Positions 51,070 to 64,000 of a stretch of DNA of 64,000 nt are shown here, piece after piece. Numbering within the stretch: position 1 is the first letter of the stretch; each line of letters opens with the position of its first letter. Under the pieces are notes generated by a model. The model was given only the letters and a program-made list of their open reading frames with translations. It did not search any database and was not told where the DNA came from. Origin of the DNA: Octopus vulgaris (lineage: Eukaryota); NCBI GenBank assembly GCA_951406725.2, contig OX597836.1:37820001-37884000 (forward strand), read 5' to 3'. A program made the translations under genes and the position numbers.

Positions 51070-51260
51070 TGTTCGCTAGCTCCTACACGCATTTTTTTCT
51101 CTCCTTGTTTCTCTCCTTGTTTTTTTTCTGTGTATCCTTCTGTCGAAGAGCGTAGGCTCGAAACGTAAAAGATTTTTCTATTCCTGAGCGCTATACTAAT
51201 ACATTTGTTTGTTTGTACTCCACCTGCCTTCGTCTTTTGTTTATTTTCGTAAACTTTCCC

Positions 51261-51263
<3 letters not shown>
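51070..51263 (+). mobile_element. Penelope-like terminal fragment with hammerhead-like motif (51134-51173)
   Basis: ATCCTT CTGTCGA A GAGC-GTAG-GCTC GAAA CG TA AAAGAT, with one core change; ends at (TA)n. Confidence 0.6.
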
Positions 51264-51299
<36 letters not shown>

Positions 51300-51925
51300 T
51301 AATATACTAGCACTGATAATTTTGGAACTATCGACCTATTTCCTTTAATTTAGCTCCTCCTAATACCTCACTTTCCAATCAAATTTTCACACAGCTGGCG
51401 TCCGTGTCGTTCTTTTAACCAAAAATACCACCACTCAGTGTTGATTCACAAAAATCTCAAATATTGTTTTCCTGACGTTCTAAGATTTGAGGTCACACTT
51501 TGACTATGCTTCGTTCTGGAAGTCTAAGACCAAACTGACTGCCGGAATTATTATCACTCTGCCAAAGGTCAGGCGCATTCCTCACTGCTTTTCACATTCA
51601 ATTTATATTCATTTATATTCCGGGATTGTCGCCTCTGACTATATTGAGAAAAATCTGTCATTCTTTGATTTTTTTTTTCATTAACATGGCAGTAATTTTA
51701 ATTAATATTTCTTGTATGTTAACACCCACTTTACTGTTCTATTTTTCTCTGTACTTTTACCGATACTCGTAATGCCTTCTTAATTATCACAATTTCAACA
51801 AAAATAACATTTCAATTGGTGTCTAAAGTTTTGGAAGTACTTAATGAAAAATAATTACAAATCAGGTGTTGACAGAAATTAATTAATGTTTTAGGCATTT
51901 AATGAACTAAATGATTGATAACGTC

Positions 51926-52560
51926 ATATATATTTTTCTTCCGTAAATTTGAGAATTGAATTTAAATTGAAAATGTTAAATTATATTAATTTCATCATTA
52001 TTAAAAGAATTAAACATAAAGTTTATTTAATAATATCGATGGCAGAATCGTTACCTCGCCGGGCGAAATGCTTTGCAGCATTTCGTCCGCCGCTGCGTTC
52101 TGAGTTCAAATTCCGCCGAGGTATACTTTGCCTTTCATCCTTTCGGGGTCGATAAATTAAGTACCAGTTACGTACTGGGGTCGATGTAATCGACTTAATC
52201 CGTTTGTCTGTCCTTGTTTGTCCCCTCTGTGTTTAGTCCCTTGTGGGTAGTAAAGAGATATATATTTTTTTCTTCCGTAAATTTGAGAATTGAATTTAAA
52301 TTGAAAATGTTAAAGTATATTAATTTCATCATTATTAAAAGAATTAAACATAAAGCTTATTTAATAATATCGATGGCAGAATCGTTACCTCGCCGGGAAA
52401 AATGCTTAGCAGCATTTCGTCTGTCTTTCGGTTCTAAGTTCAAATTCCACCGAGACCGTCTTTACCTTTCATCCTTTTGGGGTTGATAAAATAAGTACCA
52501 GTTGAGCTCTAGGGTCGATGTAATCGACTTAGTTCCTCCCGCGAAATTGTTGCCTATTTG
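51926..52560 (+). mobile_element. Young SINE B body inserted with a ~138-bp duplication of the flank and old SINE head
   Basis: 51926-52063 repeats at 52258-52397. The first copy continues into a consensus-like body, the second into a diverged body. Confidence 0.85.
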
Positions 52561-53479
52561 TCAAAATCCGAAAGCAATATCGATGTCTTACTTATCAAAA
52601 GACGAGAAAATGTTTTATTTTGTTTTTGTTTTGATAGCTATCACATATTTTGCTGCAGAATCCAGAAAATGTTTAAAGAAACAGTTATTGGTTTCATCCA
52701 GCTGACAGGATAGTTAGCGAGCCGGACGAAACGCTTAGTGACATTTCTTCCAGCTCTTTATGTTCTGAGCTCAAATTCTGCCGAGGCCCATTTCACATTT
52801 CATACTCTCGGTGTCGATAAAATAAGTCCCACCTGAGCAGTGGGGTCAATGTGATCAACTTAACCCTTCCCCTAAAATTGTAGGCTTTGTGCCAAAATTT
52901 CAAACCATTAATTTCGTTTTCTTACAATTATCATAATAATGAATAAATACAAGATACAGTATTTATTCATTTACTGAGTAATATCACTACCGATTCTATA
53001 TCCATAGCCAAAGCTCTTTCTGTATTTTGTGCATCTGCATGGAGTGATGGAGTTGTAGATGTTTAATTAATTATATGATATAATTGTTTTAAATGTATGG
53101 CACAATACCGCCAATGAACAAAGATGTAGTTCATCACATCAAGCTTAGTACTTGGCTGGCACTTTTTTTTATCGATCCGAAAGTATGAAAGGTAAAGTTG
53201 ACCATGGCAGTATCTGAATGGTATTTCAGCTGCAAGACATGCTAACGATTCTGCAAGCTCACCTTATGTATATATATACATATGTGTGTGTATGTGTATT
53301 CTTTTATTCTTTTACTTATTTCAGTCATTGGCCACGGCAGTTTGAAGTAAGTGTATGCGTTTGTATATGTGTGCATCCGTGTGTGTGTGTGTGTGTGTGT
53401 GAGAGAGATAAAGAGAAATAAAAATTGAAGAGATAAAATATAAATTAATACAATTATTAAAAAATGCAATTAAAAAGTT

Positions 53480-53884
53480 AAACAATTCGACGGAAAGAAA
53501 GGTGTCGAAAACGCGCTTTGTTTCAACAAGACAATGCAAAGCCGCGTACCGCCAGAAAGACCAGCAACAAGATTGAGGAATTGGACGGTGTGAAAATTCT
53601 GCCGCATCCAGTCTTATAGTTCAGACGTTGCTCCATCTGACTACGGTCTCTTCCGATCAAAGTCACCGACTTGAGTCATTCGATGAAGGTGAAGAAGCCT
53701 ACCAAGAATGTTTCGATTCAAAGCCAAAGGACTGGTACTTTGACCAAATCCGAAAGGTTGCAGATCGTTGGCAGAAGGTCGTGGGAAATGATAGTCTTTA
53801 TTTTGAAAAATAGTTATTTTTGAATAAGTTCTTGCATAAAAAATATTTATTTTAACACGGCGTACGAACTTTTTCCTCAACCTA

Positions 53885-53885
<1 letters not shown>
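53480..53885 (+). pseudogene. Mariner transposase C-terminal remnant with right end
   Basis: [37 protein letters not shown]; ends caacctag followed by (TA)n. Confidence 0.88.
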
Positions 53886-53972
<87 letters not shown>

Positions 53973-54121
53973 ATATATACATACATATATATATATATAT
54001 GCGTGTATATATATATATATATACATACATATATATATATATGTGTATATATATATATACATATATATATATTTATATATATACATATATATATATTTAT
54101 ATATATACATATATATATATT

Positions 54122-54187
<66 letters not shown>

Positions 54188-54412
54188 TGTATGTATGTGT
54201 GTGTGTTTATTCCCTCCACCATCATTGCCTGACAACCGATGTTGGTGTATTTATGTCCCCGTAACTTAGCAGTTCGGTAAAAGAGGCCGCTAGAATAACT
54301 ACTAGGCTTACAAAGAATATGTCCTGGGGGGTTGATTTGTTCGACTAAAGGCGGTGTTCCAGCATGGCCGCAGTCAAATGACTGAAACAAGTAAAAGAAC
54401 AAAAGACTAAAA

Positions 54413-54473
<61 letters not shown>

Positions 54474-56283
54474 CACACACACATACACATACTGGATAAA
54501 ATAATGAAACCATAGTCAATGGTAAATATTAAATAGTTAAATGTGTATCTTAAGTCACTTATAATGAATATCAGTGTTTTGAAACAATTGAAATTTCTTC
54601 TTTTCATCACCTTCTCTCATTCCATATCTCTATCTCTAGTTCCCTCCCTCTCTTTCCTCTTCCCAACCCTCTTTATTCATGTCCCCATTTTAGTGACATA
54701 TATTCAGTTTGTCGACCTATTTCAAAGTGGTAGCTTTTATTAGACATCACTGATGAAGATTTCCTCGTTGTGTGTCATTAACTCCTTTCATCTTTATTTT
54801 TTTTTTAGTATTTAATACTGACTCTGATCAGTCACCACGCCTTTCACCTTTTTTTTTAACAAGAACCCAGGATAATTAGTTTCATGCTATATCCTTCCGT
54901 AATTCTGTGTCAATGTGCGCTGAAAGATTGCCCTTTTTGCTCACATCTCCCAGCTAGCGACAGTGTTCCACACTTGAGTTAACCATGAAGTAGGTTCTTT
55001 ACCACCCTAAGATACATCTTTACGTCCCTAAGGTAAGTCCCTAAGATAAGTCTTTACATCCCTAAGATAAGTCCCTAGGATAAGTCTTTACGACTTATCT
55101 TAGGGACTATCGTGTGCATTGCAGCTTTCTAACGATAAATTACCCTCCGTTTTCTTGTAATATGGCCCACCTTATGATGAGCCATGCCTCATGCGGCTCA
55201 CTTCTCGAAAGCAGTTTCCCACGCCTGTCTTAGATCCTGTTCTGCCAACGACATCAAAGCTTATCATCTTGCGTTGCCATGTGAAGCCTTAAGATTTCGC
55301 GAAGACATATCTTGTGACAGACATTTAATTATCTATAGACTGACATGTTGTCCTGGCTTCGTTAAACTATAGGGGAGTGCCAAGGACATAAGCTTGACAA
55401 ATCTTAAACTTGGTAATCAGCCAGGTTTTTATTCTCCAAAACAGACGCTGGGTTTTGTTATATTACAGTATCTGTGTAACAACTTCACATATTAAATTTA
55501 CATTTATAAACATGTTGTTGATCACGACTGAAGCCAGATATCTGGAGTTATCTATCATTCAACATGTGGAATACTTTGAGTCAATACTTCAGTTTTCTTT
55601 ATATAAATTTCATAACAACTCTGCATGAAATTGGGAAATTCATAGCTAACGAGAGCTGCTTTACCGTAAATAACATCTTCTGAGGAGGACATGAGTAAGT
55701 TTAGTCGTGGCATGTCGAGCTAAGCTGTACAATGTACCCCCATGTTGAATGTGAATGTTTACGGAGGAGAAGAATGTGCACGTTCAAAAAAGTGAGTAGA
55801 AGATATCAAGGTGGGTGGAACCTAGCACGCAGCCATGATTGACTCCGCTAAAGATCAGAAAAGACTTAGATGTATCACCGTCGAAACCAACTATGCTTTT
55901 CATAGCACTGTAAAATAAATTGATTCTTGGAGTACTTTAAAGAGTCTACTGCGACTGACGAGGTTAAAGATCTTTGTTGAATCGTCAAAAGTGAAGTAAG
56001 TGATTGAGGTTACTCTCTGCACTTATTATATAAATGGTCGATAAGTTTGAGTGAAAGCTGAACTGAGCCTCTGGGTATGTGTGATTAGCCTTCACTTGTA
56101 AAATAACAAAACTATCTTGAACAAACACTTTACCAGCAACGTAGAGAAGACATTCCACGGCAGTAGTTGAAAACACTGCAATCGTCTATATGCTTCAAGA
56201 GGATAAAGTCAAATACTTCATCGTGCAAAGCCAAGGAGGCTTCCTAGGATCCACATTGCTCACTACTTCAGCTGGCGCTCTTG

Positions 56284-56513
56284 TACGTTCTCAGTTAAAA
56301 TTCCGCCAAGGTCGACTTTGCCTTTCATCCTTTCGGGGTCGATGAATTAAGTACCAGTTGCATACTGGGGTAGATCTAATTGACTAGCCACCTCCCCAAA
56401 AATTTCAGGCCTTGTGCCTAGAGTAGAAAAGATTATTATATCTATTATGTAACTCGAACTAAATTTGTTGAGTTTTACATTCTTTCATTTTTTTCACCCA
56501 CATGTACGCACAT

Positions 56514-56533
<20 letters not shown>
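56284..56533 (+). mobile_element. 5'-truncated SINE B plus 3' flank, inverted copy of 10078-10324
   Basis: Shares SINE variants, the ~80-bp non-SINE flank and the (CA)n tract. Confidence 0.85.
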
Positions 56534-56583
<50 letters not shown>

Positions 56584-56943
56584 CATATTACACAATAATT
56601 ATTTTAATATTCATATATGACCATGCCGTATATACGTATATACAAAAAGTTCATAAACTCTGTTTCTCATTGTAGTTGTTTATTATTTAGATGGATACAA
56701 GAATGAACACTTGTATTAGTTTCTTTTTCCTTATCTCAACTTATTCTGAGGGAAAACAGACGAGAGACACAAAAAACACATTTGTTAAAATATCCTGATG
56801 TTGCAGGTTCTACAACAATTCTTTTCAACATCTGCATTTTATATATTTATTAATGCAGCCTATATTATTACAGACTCTGTTACATATAATGCCATTACCC
56901 ATGCTACGCAAATACGTATACATAACTGTTTCTCTGTGCGCGC

Positions 56944-57610
<667 letters not shown>

Positions 57611-57841
57611 ATCTCATACATGTTTATGTACTTTTATTTCCTTATTTTTGTATACACATGCACAGACATACAAACTCAAAAACATATACGCGCGTGTGTG
57701 TGCATATGTATGTTTTTATATGCAAAATATGACAATATATATACGTATAAACACATACACACTCCCGCTTCATACGTTCTTGGACTTTGCTCTCTTGCGT
57801 TTTTTTTTTATTAACGTTGTTGTCGTTAATGATGCTGCTGG

Positions 57842-57876
<35 letters not shown>

Positions 57877-58924
57877 ATGATGGTAATAATAACAACAACA
57901 GTAATAATAATAATAATATTGATGATAATGCTATTGAAGCAGTTTTCAGACACAGTCATTTATTTACATACCGTTGGAAACAGGAAGCTGTCCTGGTAAC
58001 CCGGTTTAGGTTAACAGGAAACAAATGTTACAATCAACATTAGCAAAATACAGGATATAGATAAATTTCCCCCAACCCCGGCCAAACTCCTTCATTTTTG
58101 AAAGGCGGGCATTGAGGCTCATATTAAATATGGCAGATTTAAAGGAATCAGAAAGAGATCCGTAAATTTAATTCCGTAATGTAATTTCGATTAATAAAAA
58201 AGCTCTCCGTATGCATACAATGTTGAAGTTTCCTTGAAGAATATTCAATATTGAATGTACTCTTGCATCTACTTTGTTGTCTGTAATATGTGTGTGTATG
58301 TGTACATATATGCACATGTGTATCGGGTTGTGTATATATATATTTCTTTTTAATTTTGGAACAAGACCAGGAATTTTGGAGGGAGGGGTAAGTAGATTAC
58401 ATCGGCCCCAGTATGTAATCGACTTAATTCGTTTGTCTGTCCCTGTTTGTCCCCTCTATGTTTAGCCCCTTGTGGGTAATAACGAAACATATCAGTTAAA
58501 GGCCGAATCTGTGGGCTCGGCCTTTAGCTTATTTTACCAATAGAACGATTTCATCTTCACTTTGCAATCCTAATTTATCTTATGGCCTTGCTGGTTAACA
58601 GAATGAACTGTTGTTATTGTGGTTATGTAACATTAATCAAGCGTACGGTCAAATACATTTCAGCTTGACTATCTCGTCCATTTTTCGAAGACATAGAGTA
58701 TCTTGGATGATATTATCTAATGTGCCCACTCTTTTTACATTTATTTTTAGTCCGTAGCGCAGCGGTTTCCTGCTGGCGCACCATAGAGATAAATGCGGGG
58801 TTTAAGATATAAATAACAGAATTGCCAAAAAATGTTGAAGTCCACATTTTAAAAATGGAAGAGGGCGGAAAAAGCGAAAGAAACGCACTTAGACCCTAGT
58901 AAATTTTCCTCTGGAGCTTATATA

Positions 58925-59340
58925 GGATCTTTTCGGTTTGAACGGCATTTTTTAACATAATTTCTAGGTAACTAAAAAATTTAAAACTTCGCCTTCTAGT
59001 AGAATGTGTTTATAAGACATCTTTTTCTTTTGGCTTTATTGAGAAAATTCTATGGTTTGTAAGATATTTGTTGTCTTTTTTTCTTCAATTTCTGCAATTT
59101 CAACCAATCAGTGACGTCTATTGAGGTGAAAAGCATTCTGTGCCGTATGAATATGTCCCTCGTTTAAGAAACAGATTGGGTTTATTTACATTTGTGAAGA
59201 AAAAAAGATACCCTTCCCCCACCCTAACCCTAACCCTAAAAGAGATTGAAATGCAATAGATCGATTCTAGGGTCATAATTATGGGTGACAATTTCATATG
59301 ACACCTCTAGAAAAAACTGCCGTTCAAACCGAAAAGATCC
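58925..59340. mobile_element. MITE with 23-bp TIRs starting GG and 8-bp TSD, Merlin-like by ends
   Basis: GGATCTTTTCGGTTTGAACGGCA / TGCCGTTCAAACCGAAAAGATCC; TSD CTTATATA (58917-58924, 59341-59348); internal (CCCTAA)3. Confidence 0.9.
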
Positions 59341-59769
59341 CTTATATAACCTCTTATAGAATATAAAGCAAGACTGTAACGTACTTTAAGCATTGCGACT
59401 ATACAGAGGTTAACCACGCCGACAACGTCTGTTTCCACCATTTGTAATGAACAGTTCGTCTCCGTATCATCTATGTTTATCGAGGTCAAAAAGTTTGATT
59501 ATTTGCACTGTTTCATTATTGCATTCCGGGTGTTTAAATCCGTTAACTAAACGGATTTAATTCTCGCCATGGTTTCTTTAACTAAAACTAGCGATATATA
59601 AAAACGTAATTCCTTCTGCCAGAATACAAGACTGCTGGGAATCGTGGAAAATTTAAATACATAAACGTGAAATTCAAGAAAAATAGTCTATCCCCATTTA
59701 CTACTGAATATTGTAAAAGTTTGCTTTTGTGGCAGTTGTTATTTTAAACCCCGGTTTAGAACTGGTCGA

Positions 59770-60178
59770 GAATCTTTTCGGTTTGAACGGCAGTTTATTT
59801 CTATCGGTGTCATATGAAATTGTCACCCATAATTATGACCCTAGTATCGATCTATTGCATTTCAATCTATTTTAGGGTTAGGGTTGGTTAGGGGTAGGGT
59901 ATCTTTTTTTTCTTCACAAATGTAAATAAAACCAATCTGTTTCTTAAACGAGGGACATATTCATACAGCACAATGTTTTCACTCAATGGACGTCAGTGAT
60001 TGGTTGAAATTGCAGAAATTGAAGAAAAAACAACAAATATCTTATAAACTATAGAATTTTCTCAATAAAGCAAAGAGAAAAAGGTGTTTTATAAACACAT
60101 TCTACCATTATACGAAGTTTAAAATTTTTAGTTACCTAGAAATTATGTTAAAAACTGCCGTTCAAACCGAAAAGATCC
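59770..60178. mobile_element. Second copy of the same MITE in opposite orientation
   Basis: Same TIRs; TSD CTGGTCGA / CTGGTCAA. Confidence 0.9.
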
Positions 60179-62120
60179 CTGGTCAAAATTACTGATAATC
60201 AAAGGAATTCCAGCTATGACCGTCTTCCTTAAAAGAAAAAGCTCTGCATTGTCTAATTTTATTCAAGATAGAAGAGCGGGATTTGCGGGAGATTTGGCTA
60301 CAATTTTTCGTGATTCGAACGACAAAGCAGAGACTCCTTCGTTGGATTCTGTAGCAATATGTTAATCACAGCAGTGTCTCTAAGTAAAGTAAAACCGAAA
60401 CATATTTTATCAAAACACATTAAGGGTTTACTAAATTACCAAAATCTGACAAGGGATTGGTTAGTAATCTTTCACTGAAAAAATTATGAAAAGTTTTGGA
60501 GGATTTTTTAAAATTTTTTGTTTTGCTTTTTTCTTAACACACTCTCAGATCTTATCAAGCCTTATAAAACTCCATCCCAAAGTTATTTACTATGTACTCG
60601 CATCAGCTGTCACTTAACCAAAACGTGAATTAGGTTGAAATACGAGCGAACATTTGCGTTGACATAAGGAAAAAGTGTGGGATGTCTTCCTTCCGCTAAA
60701 CTATCATCGGTTTCATTAGGTACATTACGATGCTAAATTTCAGCTTTCATTTTCTAAATAATTATGGGAGTAACTACGAGAATAGTTTCAATATAAATAT
60801 ATGAAATATAGTATAATAATTTCTTACATAAGCATAAAACCAGAAATATAGTCGAAGTGTGACATTCGAGTTTATCGACTTCAGTTTTTCAAAGACACTT
60901 TATTTTATCGACCGCGAAAAATGACAAAGTCGAGCACAAAGGGATTTCAACCCAGATCATAAAGAGCATTCAAGGGTCTAGAGAGTTGATTAAGTCCACG
61001 ACTTAAGAATAGAAACGGCTTCTCTATCGAACTTCCAGAGTTTCTGTCTACCGGATTTCATTCACAAGGCTTAGGTTAACCTGGACCTGTAGTAGAAAGC
61101 GCTTGATCGAGGTGCCGTGCAGTGGGGTCGAACCCAAAGCCATGTGTCAGTGAAGCAAACTTTTTACAGTGATGTCTTCATCCAAATCGTGAAAGCTTAT
61201 TGAATAGTTGTGGTAAAGATCCGTCTTCCTTTTCCTATTGAATTAATGTAAATGCTAATTTACAACAGCCCCATTTTGTTACTCTAAACATGATTATTAA
61301 TCATTTAAAATTATTCTCACTTTACGTGACTTTCTTAGATTGGTTATTATCACATTTCCTAAATTTATTTCTTTACAGATTTTACCCGGTCAACACGTTA
61401 ACATATTTACAACTAGCTTAGGGCTGAGTCAAGTCATTTACACACAAAATAATTAAAACACGGCAATATATCCAGTCAAATTGATATCTAATGTAAACTA
61501 ATGAGTGATGGGCTGGCAGAATTGGTACACTGACAAGATATTTTATAGTATTTAGTTGCGTGGCTTCACATTTTGAGTTCAAATTTCACCAAAGTCGACT
61601 TTAGATTACATTCTTTCAGAGTCGAGAAAAGAATATCAACTGAACTAATCAAATAGACAATACCATCCCTAAATAGATAAAGCAATGCATCGAATTTAGA
61701 AATCAATATATTCGAATTACATAAATATAGTAACATTTATACGAAGCAAATTTTTCAGTCTTCAGTGTGAAACGCTTTGGAAGTTATCGCAGGTCTTTGT
61801 ACGACCTCATGATCTCAAGTCACTGAGGTATTCACCAGGTTTAAACATCACTTTAAGCTATATAAAAAATACTCCCACAATAGAATTCGAACTCAGTACT
61901 GAAATCAAAATATATTTAGGAAAATATTACACTATCTTTTTTGTTTACCGAGACAACTATTACCGACTCATGGGAGTCTAGGTGGGGGCTATTAAGAATA
62001 GCGTAAACTATGGAAAGGTGAGCTACTGAATATGTCTACGAATAGTTAAGTGTCTTTGACTAAAGCAACCTACCAGATAATTAATCCTCAAACTATACCT
62101 CCGAGAGGAGTCCGAAGTAG

Positions 62121-62358
62121 TTGTCAAATAATTTCTACTTCACCAGTCCCAATTTCTGGCTTTCTAATTCCCCAGATTGTAATTCCATCGATTACTATGA
62201 GTGGTGCGCAGTTGAGAAAGACAGCAACCGCTCTTCCTGTAACACCAAGGCGCCAAGCTGGAGACCAAGATCAAGGAAGTGTTCGGAAATCTTCACAGGT
62301 ACACAGTGAAGAACAAATGCGCCAGGTTCCGGAGCCGTGTTGGAAGCTGTTGGCGGCT
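62121..62358 (+). pseudogene. Tc1/mariner-superfamily transposase C-terminal remnant
   Basis: FWLSNSPDCNSIDYYEWCAVE..CNTK, then after frameshifts KIKEVFGNL and CARFRSRV; matches WPxxSPDLNPxDYxxW. Confidence 0.8.
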
Positions 62359-63815
62359 GCTTTTAATAAACTGTTATCACCCAGGTACAATCTAGTTGAT
62401 CATTTTTATTGGATATTTTTCTTTTTATGCAAAGTATCAAATTTAGTCCGATCACCTCATGTGTGGGTGTGTTTGAGGGTGTTTACACATGAAAATGAGT
62501 CTAGAGTAGACGTTTGCATATATGTACGATGGTACAATTCTGCAAGTACGTGATTGCAGTGAAAGCAAACTAATGTAGTGCAAAAGTTCTCTCGTTATAA
62601 AAAGTTTTATACTGTTCTAGTTACGCTATGAAATCATAAAAGTATAGAACTTTAAATAACTGTTGACTTCAAAGACAAGCAGCGGTGAATTGTTGCACCT
62701 TTTGACTGTTATTGCTTAGAAGTAATGGATATCGTATCACCTCGATGCAGGTCAGCTATTAGTTAAATGACCCCGTTAAAAATGTGCTGCTTAACATGTA
62801 TTTACTACCGCTGGTGCTTTCAACTGCCACTGCTAACAGTGGTTAAGTATGCCTCTAATATGGATTAGGTGTGTTCTGGGCATGACTTTAAATTGCAGCC
62901 GGTAGTAGTATCTTTATTATGATCATGATGAACTTGTATAGAATTTGACAATACTGGACAAACAAAAGACAAAAATGTTACATGAGTTCGAATGATATAA
63001 ATATTAAAAATTTACTTAAAAAGTATTTTATATACCGATTAAAATTTCCTTTTACTAGAACTTTATTTTAAAATAAAACTAAACCAAAGAAAGAAAAACG
63101 AACAAAAAGGTTAAAGGATCGAACCCGGCAGCCTATAAAAGCCCAGCAACGATCTTTTCCTTTCCTCAATGATTAAGCTGGGTTACTAACACCCACCTTT
63201 CTCATCACATCCTTCCATCGTTTCTCGTATTTTTTTCGGTGACAGGGTCCTCCTCTCCAACCCAAATTGCAACCGGTAGTGAGGCCTTAGTTCGGAAGTT
63301 TTGTGTTTTGGAGGTGTATGGAACTATCTCTTATTCACTATTGTTCCTAGGTTGACTCTGACCCGAAATAGTAGCACCTGTCAGGGTCCTAGCTATGGGT
63401 TAATAAGGATATTAGGGCTTGCCTACATATGCATGGGAAGATGAGATCCAGCGGACTCTGCGAAAGAAACCTTCAATGGGGGTGGGAGGAGGTAGCAGCA
63501 GCAACGCATTGTGGAGTGCAGATGGCAAAATGAAACCAGTTTTGCCACTTGATTGAAGATGGTCACGGACAAAAGAATGAGACTGACGGTATGCAACTCT
63601 TCTTCACTCTGACGTACGAACATGTGTTAAAAAAAGCAACATTATTGCCTCCTAATACAACAGCAAGGTCAGGCGGTGAGCAGGCAGAATCGTCAGCGCG
63701 CCGTGTTTGATGCTTCGTGTTTTTTCCTCTGTGTGGGTAGAGTGGTTCAGGGTTGAATTTGCTTTGTATAGTTGTTTGGATTTTTGCTGTTCGCAGCGGT
63801 TCTGTTTTTTGAGAA

Positions 63816-64000
63816 ATGGCAAGGAAGAACAAGCATTCTGACATCAGTGAGACGGACCTGTCGACTTCGGAGGCGGAACTGGCGAGAACGGTCAACAGAC
63901 TGGACATGGCGTTAGAAGGAAAAATGAATTACGCAGGAGTAATTAAGCCAACAAGTAAGGAGGTTAACCTTGCTAAGGTACCGGACGGCCAAAAATGGGT
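63816..64000 (+). CDS. Open frame running off the window; possible LINE ORF1 N-terminus
   Basis: MARKNKHSDISETDLSTSEAELARTVNRLDMALEGKMNYAGVIK..., 61 stop-free codons after a T-rich leader that interrupts a SINE B head (63671-63703). Confidence 0.4.
   Translation, partial: MARKNKHSDISETDLSTSEAELARTVNRLDMALEGKMNYAGVIKPTSKEVNLAKVPDGQKW

Noticed and set aside
62050-62553. 167-aa ORF
   Set aside because: It is an alternative frame over the frameshifted Tc1-like remnant.

Overview
AT-rich, repeat-dense eukaryotic DNA with no host exon or intact host gene that I can support. The SINE families, (TATG)n/(TA)n/(AAT)n microsatellites and transposon mix look like a coleoid cephalopod, probably Octopus; this is inferred from recalled repeat families, not checked. 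Almost every listed ORF is a microsatellite translation. The real coding remnants are all from transposons: a Penelope-like GIY-YIG endonuclease (18.1-18.5 kb), two R4/Dong-type LINE 3' ends in (TAA)n (23.5-25.1 kb), an RTE RT tail (27.7-28.1 kb), mariner/Tc1/pogo fragments, and a possible LINE ORF1 start at the right edge. Well-bounded non-autonomous elements include a 2.75 kb LTR element (tRNA-Trp PBS, PPT, AGCC TSD) nested in a SINE, plus several MITEs with TSDs. The most interesting signals are at the RNA and mechanism level. (1) There are many self-cleaving ribozyme motifs, including a 473-bp near-perfect palindrome with an intact type I hammerhead in each arm and a 375-bp TSD-bounded RTE derivative that starts exactly at G1 of an HDV-like fold. 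(2) One tRNA-derived SINE carries a 184-bp internal module in variable copy number at a fixed junction, and one locus shows a ~138-bp target duplication suggesting homology-guided insertion into older copies. (3) An 844-bp unit occurs 2.3 times inside (TA)n. All calls come from reading the sequence by eye; no searches or folding programs were run.
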